DNA of 64,000 bases from Octopus sinensis. Lineage: Eukaryota. This document shows positions 14,287 through 25,043 of this stretch, piece by piece. The DNA lies in contig NC_042997.1 in the NCBI RefSeq assembly GCF_006345805.1, forward strand, positions 14,074,001 through 14,138,000. Reading direction: 5' to 3'. The position numbers and the translations under genes were made by a program. The notes beneath the pieces are model-generated. The model did no database searches. It had not been told where the DNA came from and worked only from the letters and a program-made list of their open reading frames with translations. Each line of letters opens with the position of its first letter. Positions within the stretch are counted from its first letter, which is position 1.

Positions 14287-14370
14287 TCAATTACGGCCGT
14301 TTCAAGCGATTCCTTTAATTGTTTAATGAAAACATTACATCATTTGAAAGAAACCGTTCTCGTCAGATGA
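14287..14370 (-). ncRNA. Type I hammerhead motif with intact core and long helix II
   Basis: Minus strand: tcat-CTGACGA-gaacggtttcttt..aaaggaatcgctt-GAAA-cggccg-TA-attga; helix III is the palindrome ACGGCCGT; helix I is weak. Confidence 0.65.
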
Positions 14371-14447
14371 CTGCATAGACTTCAAACAACCATCGATAAT
14401 GTAACTCAAAATATTTACATTGTTTCTGTTGTTATATCTCTGGCAGA

Positions 14448-14591
14448 AAGTAATGCATACCTTGTCAAGTCTACTCTACATATTTTCTTCCAAGTGTAAA
14501 TAACTAGGCCACCACTCTTTTTATATTGACCCTCACTATTTCCTCTGCTACTCTCTAAATTATAGTAGACTTGACAAGGTATGCATTACTT
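14448..14591. mobile_element. Small MITE-like element with a perfect 28-bp inverted repeat
   Basis: aagtaatgcataccttgtcaagtctact ... agtagacttgacaaggtatgcattactt. Confidence 0.65.
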
Positions 14592-14711
14592 ACTAAATTC
14601 CTCTTTTTGTGAATTTTGGTTTAGTGTGCTAAATTGAATTTTTTTTTTTCCGTTGGCTTGAAATTATTACATTCCGTAACTATTAATAATATTTATATAT
14701 ATATTTCTGGC

Positions 14712-14935
14712 CGGAATCAGATCGCCATGTTGATTCGCTAGCTTCTGCACGCATTTTATTTCTCTCCTTGTTTCTCTCCGTGTTTCTTTTCTGTGTATCT
14801 TTCTGTTGAAGAGCGTAGGCTCGAAACGTAAAAGACTTGTTTTATTTATATTCCTGAGCGCCATACTAATACAATTGTTTGTTTGTATTCCACCTACCTT
14901 CGTCTTTTGTTTATTTTCATAAAGCTTCCCGTTAT
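14712..14935 (+). mobile_element. Short PLE pLTR-like or retrozyme-like unit with a hammerhead variant at 14798-14835
   Basis: cttt-CTGTTGA-a-gagc-gtag-gctc-GAAA-cg-TA-aaag; homologous to 57742-57932 on the opposite strand. Confidence 0.6.
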
Positions 14936-15912
14936 ATATATATATAATGAGAGAGGGAGGAAAGAGGAGGCATACATTCAGGAAATGAAGAAAGATGCGA
15001 GTTTGTCCTATCCTTGAGAAACTGTATTTATACACATATATATATACATGTCAGTACGCATATGCTTCTGTTGAAATAAGTTCGAATGCAGTCTGGTGCG
15101 TTGATTACTACAAAAGTATATATGCTAGGCTATGCCACTACTTCTAATGCATATAATTGCATATTCATTCTTTGACATGCTTTTGTTTAATATGTATTTA
15201 TGTACTTGAATGCTTTTTTATCTGAGGACAACCTACATAAAGTATTACATGGACACATCATAGTAAACTTGTATCTGTTTAAACATACTTTTCTGTATGT
15301 AAAAACAGGCTTGCTTGTTTATATATGTAAGCATATGCGTATATCTAAATTTCTACATACCCATATGCATGTCTGTATACCTTTACGTCTATTTAATTGG
15401 CGTAGACATGCCGTTAACAATAACTTTTGAGGTTTTTATATCACCTCTGTCGTTCCAATATACCATATGTTAAATTTCGTTCCAATATTTCATATCATTT
15501 GCCTATATTATATTATTGTACTCCGTGTTATATTGTATTACAGTATATTATATTATATCATGGTGTTTTATACTTCGTTGCGAAACACTGCACTTCTGTG
15601 GATCGGTTTACATTAATATGATTTATCCTGACTGCATTTTTCATTTCGCAGCCAAAAGCAACGGTAGCAACTTACGCTCTTTCCAATCACAATTACCAAA
15701 ATATTGTATGAACAATTTATTGGCCCAAACTAACCTTGAGTCTAACATTAGTTAACCTAAGCACTCACTTATAGAAACCTATATAGTCATATGTTATTTA
15801 ATCTGCCTCCAATGTCAAAGCCAATGTTTCTCAACATCTTAATATCTATACTAAGTTGGAACCAATACACACACATACACATATACAAGTACAACATATA
15901 CATACATACATA

Positions 15913-15975
<63 letters not shown>

Positions 15976-16155
15976 GTCCTTTTAATCGTTTGTTTCCAGA
16001 CATTGAACTGCGGCCATACTGGATTACCGTCTTGAAAGATTTAGTCGATCAAATCCACCCCCTTGTATTTATTTCAAGCCTGGTACGCATTCTATCGGAC
16101 ACTTTTTTACCAAACCACTAAACAAACCTACATACAAACATTCACACACATACAC

Positions 16156-16157
<2 letters not shown>

Positions 16158-16243
<86 letters not shown>

Positions 16244-16323
16244 TGATAGATAGATAGATAGACACACAGACAGACACACAGACACACAGACCGACTCACA
16301 GACAGATAGATAGACAGACAGAC

Positions 16324-16354
<31 letters not shown>

Positions 16355-16362
16355 GAGAGAGA
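16158..16362. repeat. (GATA)n/(GACA)n microsatellite at the Tx1 3' junction
   Basis: Direct reading. Confidence 0.97.
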
Positions 16363-16671
16363 TATGTTTCTTTATTAGCCACACAGGGCTGCACACAGAT
16401 AGAACAAATTACAAGGTAGAGCTTTTCTTTTGAAGGTTTAAAAAAAAAAAGGAAAGGGGGGAGTTTCGATCAAAAGGGATCGTAAAAGGAGAGAAAGAGG
16501 ACAAAAAAGGGGGGGGTAAAAAAGGGAGGAGAGGAAAAAAAATTGATCAATAGGGATCGTTATCACAGAAATGACAATATGAAGTGTAAAGGGGAGGACA
16601 GGTGAGGTTTACCCGTGGAAAGAAAAGCCTACGGAAAAGACCACGGTAACCTCGGTCAATGAAGTCACATT

Positions 16672-18984
16672 TTATATTTCTCTCTGTTTTCGATTTCTGG
16701 GTTCATAGGTGGCTTCGTCATTCATACGTGCCATTCTTGCTACATTCACCCATCTTTTTTTAAAACATTCGCTAGACAAAACTTGCCTCTCTACTCTCAC
16801 TTTCCTTTTCAAGTGGTACTTGAAGAAGTTGATGAGAGATTGACCAGAGAGGAAAGTGTTTGTCTCCAATCCTTTCAGACGCGTCCACCAGATACATTCT
16901 TTCGCCATAGCCACAAGGATGATGAAAATAGCTCTTCCTTCCCGTTTGAAGGAAGGAGGCGTGACAATATTGACGATAGACTCAGCTGATAAACCGACTC
17001 GTCCCACACGTGACAGCAGTTGTTCGACATAAGCCCACAGGTCGGAAATTGTTGGACACTGAACGAGTGCGTGCAGAACGGTTTCGTCGCTCTGACCGCA
17101 TCTCGGGCAGGTCGGCCCCGTGTTTCTCGAGCCGTGTCTGTAGAGCTTATCCCGAACGGGTAGCGCTTCTCGGTAGCACTGCCAGGCCAGGGATCTCTGG
17201 AAGTTGTCCATGGGCCCTGGCCCGAAAGTCGTCCCGAACAGGCGGGTCAGGTACTCCTCGTCGACGTCCAGGTTCGCCCCGAGCTCGTCGTCGTACCTCC
17301 CCTCCACTAAACCCCTATAGAATGCTTTGGTTGTGTTGAAGTCACTTAAGGTCGACCCAGGACGGCAGAGTTGCTTGAGAGCAACGCGACACTCGCGGTG
17401 CCATTCGCCCTTCCTCGGCCTCTTTTTGATCCACGACTGCAGTTCGGTCATGGAGACGAGCTGCGGGAAAGCGTGCCTCACAAACGGCGACCACACCTGT
17501 TCACCGTCGTCTACATAGAGCCAGAGATGTCGCAGTCTCAGCGCGTGTCTGCGCATCATCAACCACGGCATGCCCAGCCCTCCTTTTAACGGGTGTTGAC
17601 AGCAAATGGATCGCCTGACCATCGGGACGCATCCTTTCCACAAGAAGCGAAAGAGGATGCGTTGTAGTGTGGTGATGGTAGGGTCGGGACAAGGTACGAC
17701 GGTCAGGCGGTAGTAGATGACGGACGCGATGTACGTGTTCGCCACCTCCGCTCGACCTTTTAGGGACAGTTTCCTCTCGGCCCATTGCCGGGCGAGAGTG
17801 ACCACCCTACTCGTTATCTCGTTCCAGTTCTTCTCCACTTGGAGGTCCGGACCAAACCAGACCCCGAGCAACTCAACCGGGCCGTCGGTCCAGCGTCCCA
17901 CGACGGAGGCGCTGGTGGACGGCATGGGCTTGCTTCTCCAGGTGCCTAGTCGCAAGCCCACTGACTTTTCCCGGTTGATTTTCGCTCCTGTCACCGCTTC
18001 GTAGTTTTTCAGTGTCTCGCCGACCAGCTCGATGTGCTCGTGGCTAGACACTATGACGGTGACGTCGTCCGCGTATGCAGACACGCTCGTCCCGCATCCC
18101 AATTCTCGCGGGATGCCCCTAAGAGTCGCCAGCTTCCGCAGTAGTGGCTCAAGAGTCAATACGTATAGAAGCGCTGAGAGGGGGCATCCCTGACGGACCG
18201 AACGTGCAATGTCGAAAGGTCTCGATAGATCTCCATTTACGCGAATTACCGAACGGATGCCTCTGTACAAGGCAGCTATCCAGCCGCGGAAGACGGGACC
18301 GAAACCAGCCGCTCTCAGGACTGCCTCCAAGTATCGATGGTCTACCCTATCAAAGGATTTCGATTGATCCAAGTTGATCAGGGCCCCACCCATGCCAGGT
18401 TCGTTAACTACCCTGTCTATGATGTAGCGCATCAGATGGAGGTTGTCATGGATGGTCCGGCCTGGCACGGCGCACGTTTGCGCCTTGTCGACCAGTTTCT
18501 CCATGACAAGCGCCAACCTCTTGGCTAGCACCTTGGCCAAAATTTTCAAGTCTGCATTAAGCAGAGTGATGGGCCTAAAGTTATCTATTACATTTCCCTT
18601 GTTTAGATCTTTCTTCAGCAGTGTTACGGCTCCTCGGCTCACAAAACCAGGAATGCTCCCGTTTTGCTGCCAGTTGCAGTACACCGCCGCCAAGAGATCT
18701 CCAAACAAGTCTGGCATACAATTGTAAAGCTCGTAGGGTAGACCATCCAAACCCGGTGATTTGTCCCTCGAGCATTCTGCCATCGCTTCCTGCACTTCCG
18801 CCGCCGTGATGGCACCTTCGCAGCACCCTGCCTTTCTTGTCGAGAGTCGTGGTAGGCTATGTAGGTAGGCACTGAAGTCCACCCTACGTTCTTGCCCTCC
18901 CTCTCGTTCCGAACAGTCGGGCAAAATGCTGCTGAAAGGCCTCACACATTTTACTTGGCTCGAGCAATTCGCGCCCCTGTTCAT
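16672..18984 (-). CDS. Tx1/L1 ORF2, reverse transcriptase and C-terminal zinc-finger portion (770 aa open stretch)
   Basis: Motifs KSPGLDGLPYELY, NFRPITLLNADLKILAKVLAKRL, LINLDQSKSFDRVDH, SVRQGCPLS, YADD, GAKINREKS and CPRCGQSDETVLHALVQC. Confidence 0.95.
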   Translation of the reverse strand: MNRGANCSSQVKCVRPFSSILPDCSEREGGQERRVDFSAYLHSLPRLSTRKAGCCEGAITAAEVQEAMAECSRDKSPGLDGLPYELYNCMPDLFGDLLAAVYCNWQQNGSIPGFVSRGAVTLLKKDLNKGNVIDNFRPITLLNADLKILAKVLAKRLALVMEKLVDKAQTCAVPGRTIHDNLHLMRYIIDRVVNEPGMGGALINLDQSKSFDRVDHRYLEAVLRAAGFGPVFRGWIAALYRGIRSVIRVNGDLSRPFDIARSVRQGCPLSALLYVLTLEPLLRKLATLRGIPRELGCGTSVSAYADDVTVIVSSHEHIELVGETLKNYEAVTGAKINREKSVGLRLGTWRSKPMPSTSASVVGRWTDGPVELLGVWFGPDLQVEKNWNEITSRVVTLARQWAERKLSLKGRAEVANTYIASVIYYRLTVVPCPDPTITTLQRILFRFLWKGCVPMVRRSICCQHPLKGGLGMPWLMMRRHALRLRHLWLYVDDGEQVWSPFVRHAFPQLVSMTELQSWIKKRPRKGEWHRECRVALKQLCRPGSTLSDFNTTKAFYRGLVEGRYDDELGANLDVDEEYLTRLFGTTFGPGPMDNFQRSLAWQCYREALPVRDKLYRHGSRNTGPTCPRCGQSDETVLHALVQCPTISDLWAYVEQLLSRVGRVGLSAESIVNIVTPPSFKREGRAIFIILVAMAKECIWWTRLKGLETNTFLSGQSLINFFKYHLKRKVRVERQVLSSECFKKRWVNVARMARMNDEATYEPRNRKQREI

Positions 18985-20124
18985 CTACCAGGGACCGAAT
19001 GGTGGCTTTGTTGCCTTGTTGCGCCTCTGCCACCCGGGCCTCTCTCGCGGCTCCAACACCTTCGTTCCTTAGAGCACGCATCCTAGCTCTGACAGCACAT
19101 CCTTCGTGTTTGGCGTTGAAGTGTTGGTCGAGGGCCAACCTCGCCGCCAAAACGTCGGATGCGATGCCGCTTCTAATTGCCTCTTCTAGCTTCTTAACTA
19201 GCTCACCCTCTACTCTATTTCTATCTATGGCTAGTGCTTTGCTGTACCTAATCGCTTCTGCTTTTACTCTCTCTTGAGGGCAAACCACCATTTGTGTTGA
19301 TGATGGCTCCCGTCAAAGCCCTCTTTACTAGTGTGCTAATCCGGTCTCTGAAAACCTGTCTCGATGGGAAAGACGCGTTTAGTTTCCAGTATCCGGGACC
19401 CTGCCTAAGTGTCTTACCTAAGTCTAGCGTACATGTCACAAGTTTGTGATCCGTGTAGCTGACTATGTGGAATTGTGGACATCCTATGCTATCTCTATCT
19501 ACTGTCCTACACATTATCCTATCTAGATACGATCTCGACGACCCGATGCGGTTGCTCCATGTCCACGTTGGCGCATTCGGGTGGTCTAGTCGGAACCTGT
19601 CAGACAGTTGAAAGCGTCTGAGCAGGTCTCTGAGGCATTTGCATCCCCGTCTATTCCTATCTCTACCCACGTAGTCTACATGCGTGTCCAGGTAGCATTC
19701 CAATCCCACTAAGAGTAAAGGACGAGACGTTCCCAAGAATACTTCTAGACGTTGAAAGAAATCCGCCCGACCTGTTAAGGGCGGTGCGTAAACTGATACG
19801 AGTCGAAAAGCGCACCCATTGCTGCCGTCGACATCCAGAACGACCAGTCTACCCTCCGGGTCTACGAATATTGTCCTTACATTGAGATCCAGACTCTTGT
19901 GAAGAAGTACCGCGGTGCCACTACCGCCCATTCTCGGCAGACAGGGGGAAAAATAAATGTTGAACTGTGTCCGCCAAACATGGTCTTTAGGGCCCGCGGA
20001 TTGTGGAGTCTGGTCTCACTTATGGCTATGATTTCTAACTTATGTGACTTTATGTCATTTAAGAGGTACCCTTGTTTCCAAGGGACCCCAAGCCACGCGC
20101 ATTTACACAACCAATCTTGATCAT
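18884..20124 (-). pseudogene. Tx1/L1 ORF2 N-terminal APE endonuclease and linker, broken by several small frameshifts
   Basis: ATG at 20124 gives MIKIGCVNARGLG. Then IIAISET, LVSVYAP, TWTWSN, SYLDRI, SYTDHKLV and GPGYWKLNAS are spread over ORFs 19877-20110, 19248-19931 and 18884-19291. Confidence 0.9.
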
Positions 20125-20367
20125 AGTTCTAATGAATTAGAATAGAGAGGGTTACTTACTGCTCGAAAGTTTTTGCTTTCTCCTCCGTTGGTTTGTCCTC
20201 GAGAAGATCCCAGTACAGTTTCTTTGTGAGATATTTTTGGCATTTACCAACCGCACTGGGGAAAATGCCTTTGAGTGTGTGGTGCAGACTTTTGGAGATG
20301 TGTAATATTTTGATGTGGTCTGGTGGTGTTGTATGGGTGATTGTTTGTTTTTTTATGTCATCTTCTG

Positions 20368-21500
20368 TTATGTTTGTTTTTTTGATTGGATGTATTCCAT
20401 CAAATTGTGTTTTTGGTGTCTATGGCTGTGAGCATGTTTGCTGTATATGATTTTGTGGTGTTGGTGTGGCTGTTGTTTGCGTTGGGTTTTGAAATGTCTT
20501 CGGGAGATATTTCCCCCTGCTTTGTTCGTGTTTGCATTTGGTTTGGTTGTGTTTCTGCTCTTTATTTTCCTTCTTTTTGTAGCTATTTGCCATTCCTCAC
20601 TGGTTTCGTCTTCCGACGAAATTTCTGAGGAATCAGAAGGGGGTAGGGGTATGTTGTGGGCTTCTATGTATGTCTGTGTAAGTGGTTGTGTTGTTGTTTT
20701 CGTTGTTGTTGGCTTTTGTGATTTTTCCTGTGGCTGTTGTTGTTGTAATTTTGCGGCAGATTTGCACTCCTTTTTGAGGTGTGCCTCACTGCCACATGTA
20801 TAGCATCGTGGCCTTCTGCCCTCGACTACTACGTATAACTTGCGGCCATCCTCAAGATGTACGTGGGTGGGGATTTTATTTATGTCCTCTTGACTTATGT
20901 GGAAGAGGAACTCTATTCTCTTTCCCAGCCAGTCCTTGTTTTCCGAAACACCGATATCTAGGATGTTTAAGTCCTCCATTTCGGATGTTAAGGCGGATGT
21001 AATCCACAGTGTTGTAGTCACTTGGGGGACACCACTGATAATGACTTTCGTCACCTTCTGGCCGAGGTAACTCGGTGTCAACGTTAGTTCATCAGAATGA
21101 AGGGTTATCGTTGAGAATTTCTTCGCCAACTCTTCATTCTGAAAAACCACCTGTACGTGTGCGAACTTGTTCGCCCAAGTCACACAATCCTTGTATCCCC
21201 AGATGGGGCGTAAGCACTTTTCGACTTTGTCTGTGCTTGCCTTTTCTGGACTTTTAGTTTTTTTATTTGTGATTTTATATACAATTGTCTTTTTTTTCTC
21301 CTCATTCAGTATGTGCTGAGGTATGTGTAAGAGTATTTTTCGTTTTGATTTGTAATAAGGTTTCTGCAATCTTTAATCTGTTGTGTAGTAAACGAAACTT
21401 TTGTTACCTTTTCTTTTATCGCCTCGGCGAAGTTTGTTGTTGTTTTGTTATTGTTGTTACTGCCGGTGGTGTTGGTGTTGATGGCAGGGGTGTGGGTTGT
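20368..21500 (-). CDS. Tx1-type ORF1 (nucleic-acid-binding protein with one CX2CX4HX4C knuckle), N-terminus frameshifted
   Basis: CYTCGSEAHLKKEC knuckle preceded by YVVVEGRRP; low-complexity Thr/Gln/Ser C-terminus; NFAEAIKEK N-terminal segment in an adjacent frame (ORF 21306-21635); located directly upstream of ORF2. Confidence 0.8.
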
Positions 21501-21515
21501 AGGTTTGTGGTTGCT

Positions 21516-21620
<105 letters not shown>

Positions 21621-21970
21621 ATACGGAGTTGTCAATTTGGTTTGATTGCAATGAAATGCATTGTTATAAAGCGATGTTAGGCAGCACTGAAATAATATTT
21701 ATAAAAACCTGTGTCGTAACTCCTTTTGTACCACAAAGCACATTCCTTCTACCATAGATCTAGTTTAATCACGTCTCATTTTACAATTGGTATAACTAAA
21801 TCATCTTGCTTCTTAGCGATTATATTAAGACAATATTATAACATACTACATACAGTGAATCGTATCACGAATTCACCATTATCCAGATTCCATATTTGGA
21901 TTATTCCTTTGTATGACATAGATAAATAAATAAATGGAGTTAAATGCAGGTGTTATTCAAATCTTTATAC

Positions 21971-22056
21971 TTACGACATATGTTTCGAAGAAAACATTGG
22001 TATCATTACAGAAGAAACACAGTGCTGTAAAACAGTGCAATCTTCTCATCAGGGAA
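21971..22056 (-). ncRNA. Hammerhead copy of the 23295 family, one helix I mismatch
   Basis: Reverse complement reads ttcc-CTGATGA-gaaga..tcttc-GAAA-catatg-TC-gtaa. Confidence 0.75.
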
Positions 22057-22224
22057 AAAGAGAAACAAGACATTTTAACGTACCAGCGTTCTTTTCATCA
22101 TCTATGCAATAATCACATTCGGTTAAAATGTGCCCCTTCTGTCTCTTCTGCCTCTTCTGTCTCTTCTTTATTCTTATTTCTCAGTTCATATAAGTTTTGT
22201 TTTCGTTTCCTAAAAGTATCTATA

Positions 22225-22615
22225 GGCGCAGGCATGGCTGTGTGGTTAAGAAGCTCGCTTTGCAACTACATGGTTTCGTGTTCAGTCCCACTGCGCGGCA
22301 CTTAAGGCAATTGTTTTCTACTATAGCTCCTGACCGAGTGGCAGATGGAAATTCTGCGGAAACTGCCATGTGTGTGTTTGTGTGTGTTTGCATGTGTGCG
22401 TGGTTCGTCCAATCTACAACTTGACAACAAGTGTTGCTTTGTTTACATCCCCATAATTTAACGGCTTGACAACAAAAGACTAATAAATTAAGTGCCAAGC
22501 TTAAAAAAAACAAGGGCTGGGGTAAATTTATTCGACTAAATCCTTCAAGCCAGTGTCCCTGCATGTCTGTACTCCAATGATTGAAACTCGTAAAATAATA
22601 AAAGATAAAAAGATA
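22225..22615 (+). mobile_element. SINE family B (head ggcgcaggagtggctgtgtgg, internal microsatellite)
   Basis: Diverged copy of the family seen at 49029 and 50188. Confidence 0.75.
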
Positions 22616-22724
22616 GATTCCCTATTTCCTCCCTTTTTCTATTTTTAACTTTTATATAAACTTCATCTGGCTCGTTCGATCTTTCTTGATATTTCCTAAA
22701 TTCCTTAACTCAAGCCCGCTGCAT

Positions 22725-22726
<2 letters not shown>

Positions 22727-22772
<46 letters not shown>

Positions 22773-22773
22773 A

Positions 22774-22806
<33 letters not shown>

Positions 22807-22811
22807 GCTGC

Positions 22812-22862
<51 letters not shown>
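22727..22862. repeat. (TAC)n(TAA)n compound microsatellite
   Basis: Direct reading. Confidence 0.95.
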
Positions 22863-22865
<3 letters not shown>

Positions 22866-23105
22866 TATCATTATTGCCTGATAAGCCTTTCTTGGTAAAA
22901 CATCAGTCTACAATAATAAAATAAATTTCCACCACTCGTATTGAAACTTTTCTACTGATAGTGTTTCATCTTTGTAATTAAAAATATATTATTAATGATA
23001 GTATATAATATAGATAAATAGATGAAAGATAAATCGATAGATAGATGCATAGATAAATAAATAAATAAATGGATTTAAACGCAGGTGTTATTCAAATCTT
23101 TATAC

Positions 23106-23191
23106 TTCCGACATATGGTTCGAAGAAAACATTGGTATAATTCCAGAAGGAATAAAATGATGTAAAACAATGCAATCTTCTCATCAGAGAA
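23106..23191 (-). ncRNA. Degenerate hammerhead copy of the 23295 family (GAAA changed to GAAC)
   Basis: Reverse complement reads ttct-CTGATGA-gaaga..tcttc-GAAC-catatg-TC-ggaa. Confidence 0.6.
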
Positions 23192-23294
23192 AAATAGAGA
23201 AACAAAACGTATCAATAAGACATTTTAACCGAATGTGATTATTGCATAGATGATGAAAAGAACGCTGGTGCGTTAAAATGTCTTGTTTCTCTTT

Positions 23295-23380
23295 TTCCCT
23301 GATGAGAAGATTGCACTGTTTTACAGCATTGTGTTTCTTCTGTAATGATACCAATGTTTTCTTCGAAACATATGTCGGAA
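23295..23380 (+). ncRNA. Minimal type I hammerhead ribozyme motif, intact core
   Basis: ttcc-CTGATGA-gaaga..tcttc-GAAA-catatg-TC-ggaa; helix III is the palindrome ACATATGT. Confidence 0.88.
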
Positions 23381-23609
23381 GTATAAAGATTTGAATAACA
23401 CCTGCGTTTAACTCCATCTATTTATTTATCTACGTCATACAAAAATATTACACCAAAACCTGGAATTTCTACCTTTATAAGTAGGCTGTTACATGATTGG
23501 TACTTGCTATCCTGGTAACTATTTTTTTTTCGCGTGTTATTTGTAAACATTGAAAAAATTACACATATATTCATATACAACTACAAAATGAAGCCAGCTG
23601 TTCATGCAG

Positions 23610-24020
23610 GGATAAAAGTATGCGCCCGCTAAATGGAGCTTGCATGTCAGAGACAATAATTTATGAAGCCACCGTAGACTCTACAACCACTAAGGGCACA
23701 GTTTCGACAAAGAAATATGTGGTCCTTACAGAGGGGAATTTCAAGGTCAGGTTCAACTATCACACATTAAGCTTCAGGCACTGGGATAAAAGAAAACGAC
23801 CAAATTATCCAGTCACATATTGTCCTTAAAAGATAAAGGTGTCAGTTACAACATCCATTGGGAGATCTTAGCCAAGTGTAAGACTTACACCGACGGCAGT
23901 AGAAAGTGCTGTCTTTGCGATATGGAAAAATGGCTCATGTAGCTTAGACCCTGCTACATGTCTAAATTCAAGAACTGAACTTTTGGGATCATGTCCACAT
24001 GTGGCTAAAATTTAGTTACG
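23610..24020 (+). pseudogene. Penelope-like element GIY-YIG endonuclease, frameshifted
   Basis: RPLNGACMSETIIYEATV...KKYVVLTEGNFKVRFNYHTLSFRH, then LKDKGVSYNIHWEILAKCKTY...CCLCDMEK...CLNSRTELLGSCPH, the typical PLE GIY-YIG pattern. Confidence 0.85.
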
Positions 24021-24454
24021 TTTTTGGTCCCCCCCCCCCAAAGATCACAGATAGAACTTGCTTTTTATATTGTGCCCACGCACAAGCTTTTTATCTTTCT
24101 ATACTTTTTATATATATTTCTTGTATATTTTTTATATATTTTTTTACATATTTATAGAGATATATTTTTATATTTTTATTGCTTTATATATTTTTACACA
24201 TTTTTTCCTGTGTTTCAAATTCCTCCCTGGATTTTTATTGTGCATGTGCGTATATAGACGTGTATATGAATATTTTGTGCGCGTGTGTGTGTGCATGTAT
24301 GCGGGTATATATATATGTATATATAATCAGCCGAAATTTGCTATGATGATCCGGTTTCTGACTGAAGATTAAAGGCTTCAAATGACCCGTCTGTTTTCTG
24401 TGTTCGTCCCTTTGTGTATTTCACGTTCTTGTTTCTTTATATATAATTTTTATT

Positions 24455-24506
<52 letters not shown>

Positions 24507-24701
24507 GTGTGTGTGTGTGTGTGTGTTGTGTGTGTGTGTGTGTACATATATATGTACATGCGAGAATTTTACTTCCTCCCCTTCGGTTTTTTCCTTTAAT
24601 TAAAGGTCATTCTAATAGCTCTTTTGTTTTAATAATGGTCAATTACATAGTAATTTCCCTTTGTTTAACGGTCATTTGAATAGCATATTTCAATTGCCTC
24701 G

Positions 24702-24760
24702 ATAACTGAAGAGATGCCGATGCAAGTTTCTGCCCCGACATCCGAAACTCGGAGTTTTAT
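24702..24760 (+). ncRNA. Type I hammerhead motif
   Basis: ataa-CTGAAGA-gatg..catc(c)-GAAA-ctcggag-TT-ttat. Confidence 0.65.
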
Positions 24761-24861
24761 TATGACAACCGAATAATTGTCACATATTATATTACAAATA
24801 AATTCCTCTATTTACATAATATCGGGGTCTCTTTCATTCTTTTGTTGTCTTACCATTACTA

Positions 24862-25043
24862 TGAAAGTGACTTGTTGTGGATGGTAGTAGTGATTGAATT
24901 CTTGAGACATCTCTTTTGAATGCATTGTTTATAAAATTTGCGTAGGTGTTATTCTACACCTACGCAAATTTTATAAAGAATACATTCAAAAGAGATGTCT
25001 CAAGAATTCAATCACTACTACCATCCACAAAAAGTCACTTTCA
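24862..25043. repeat. Near-perfect 182-bp palindrome
   Basis: Arms of about 88 bp around the short spacer tattct. Confidence 0.85.

Larger units (their letters stand above)
16363..21515 (-). mobile_element. Near full-length L1/Tx1-clade non-LTR retrotransposon inserted in a (GATA)n/(TATC)n array
   Basis: ORF1 with a CCHC knuckle, then ORF2 with APE endonuclease, RT and C-terminal CCHC in order on the minus strand. AATAAA at 16371-16376 (minus) lies about 8 nt from the 3' junction. (GATA)n flanks both junctions (16158-16362 and 21516-21620). Confidence 0.93.
21908..23443. repeat. 224-bp inverted repeat pair (21908-22131 and 23220-23443) plus a third partial copy (23050-23206)
   Basis: Direct comparison shows about 6 mismatches between the outer copies; the inner copy is more diverged; each copy carries the ACATATGT hammerhead. 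Confidence 0.9.
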
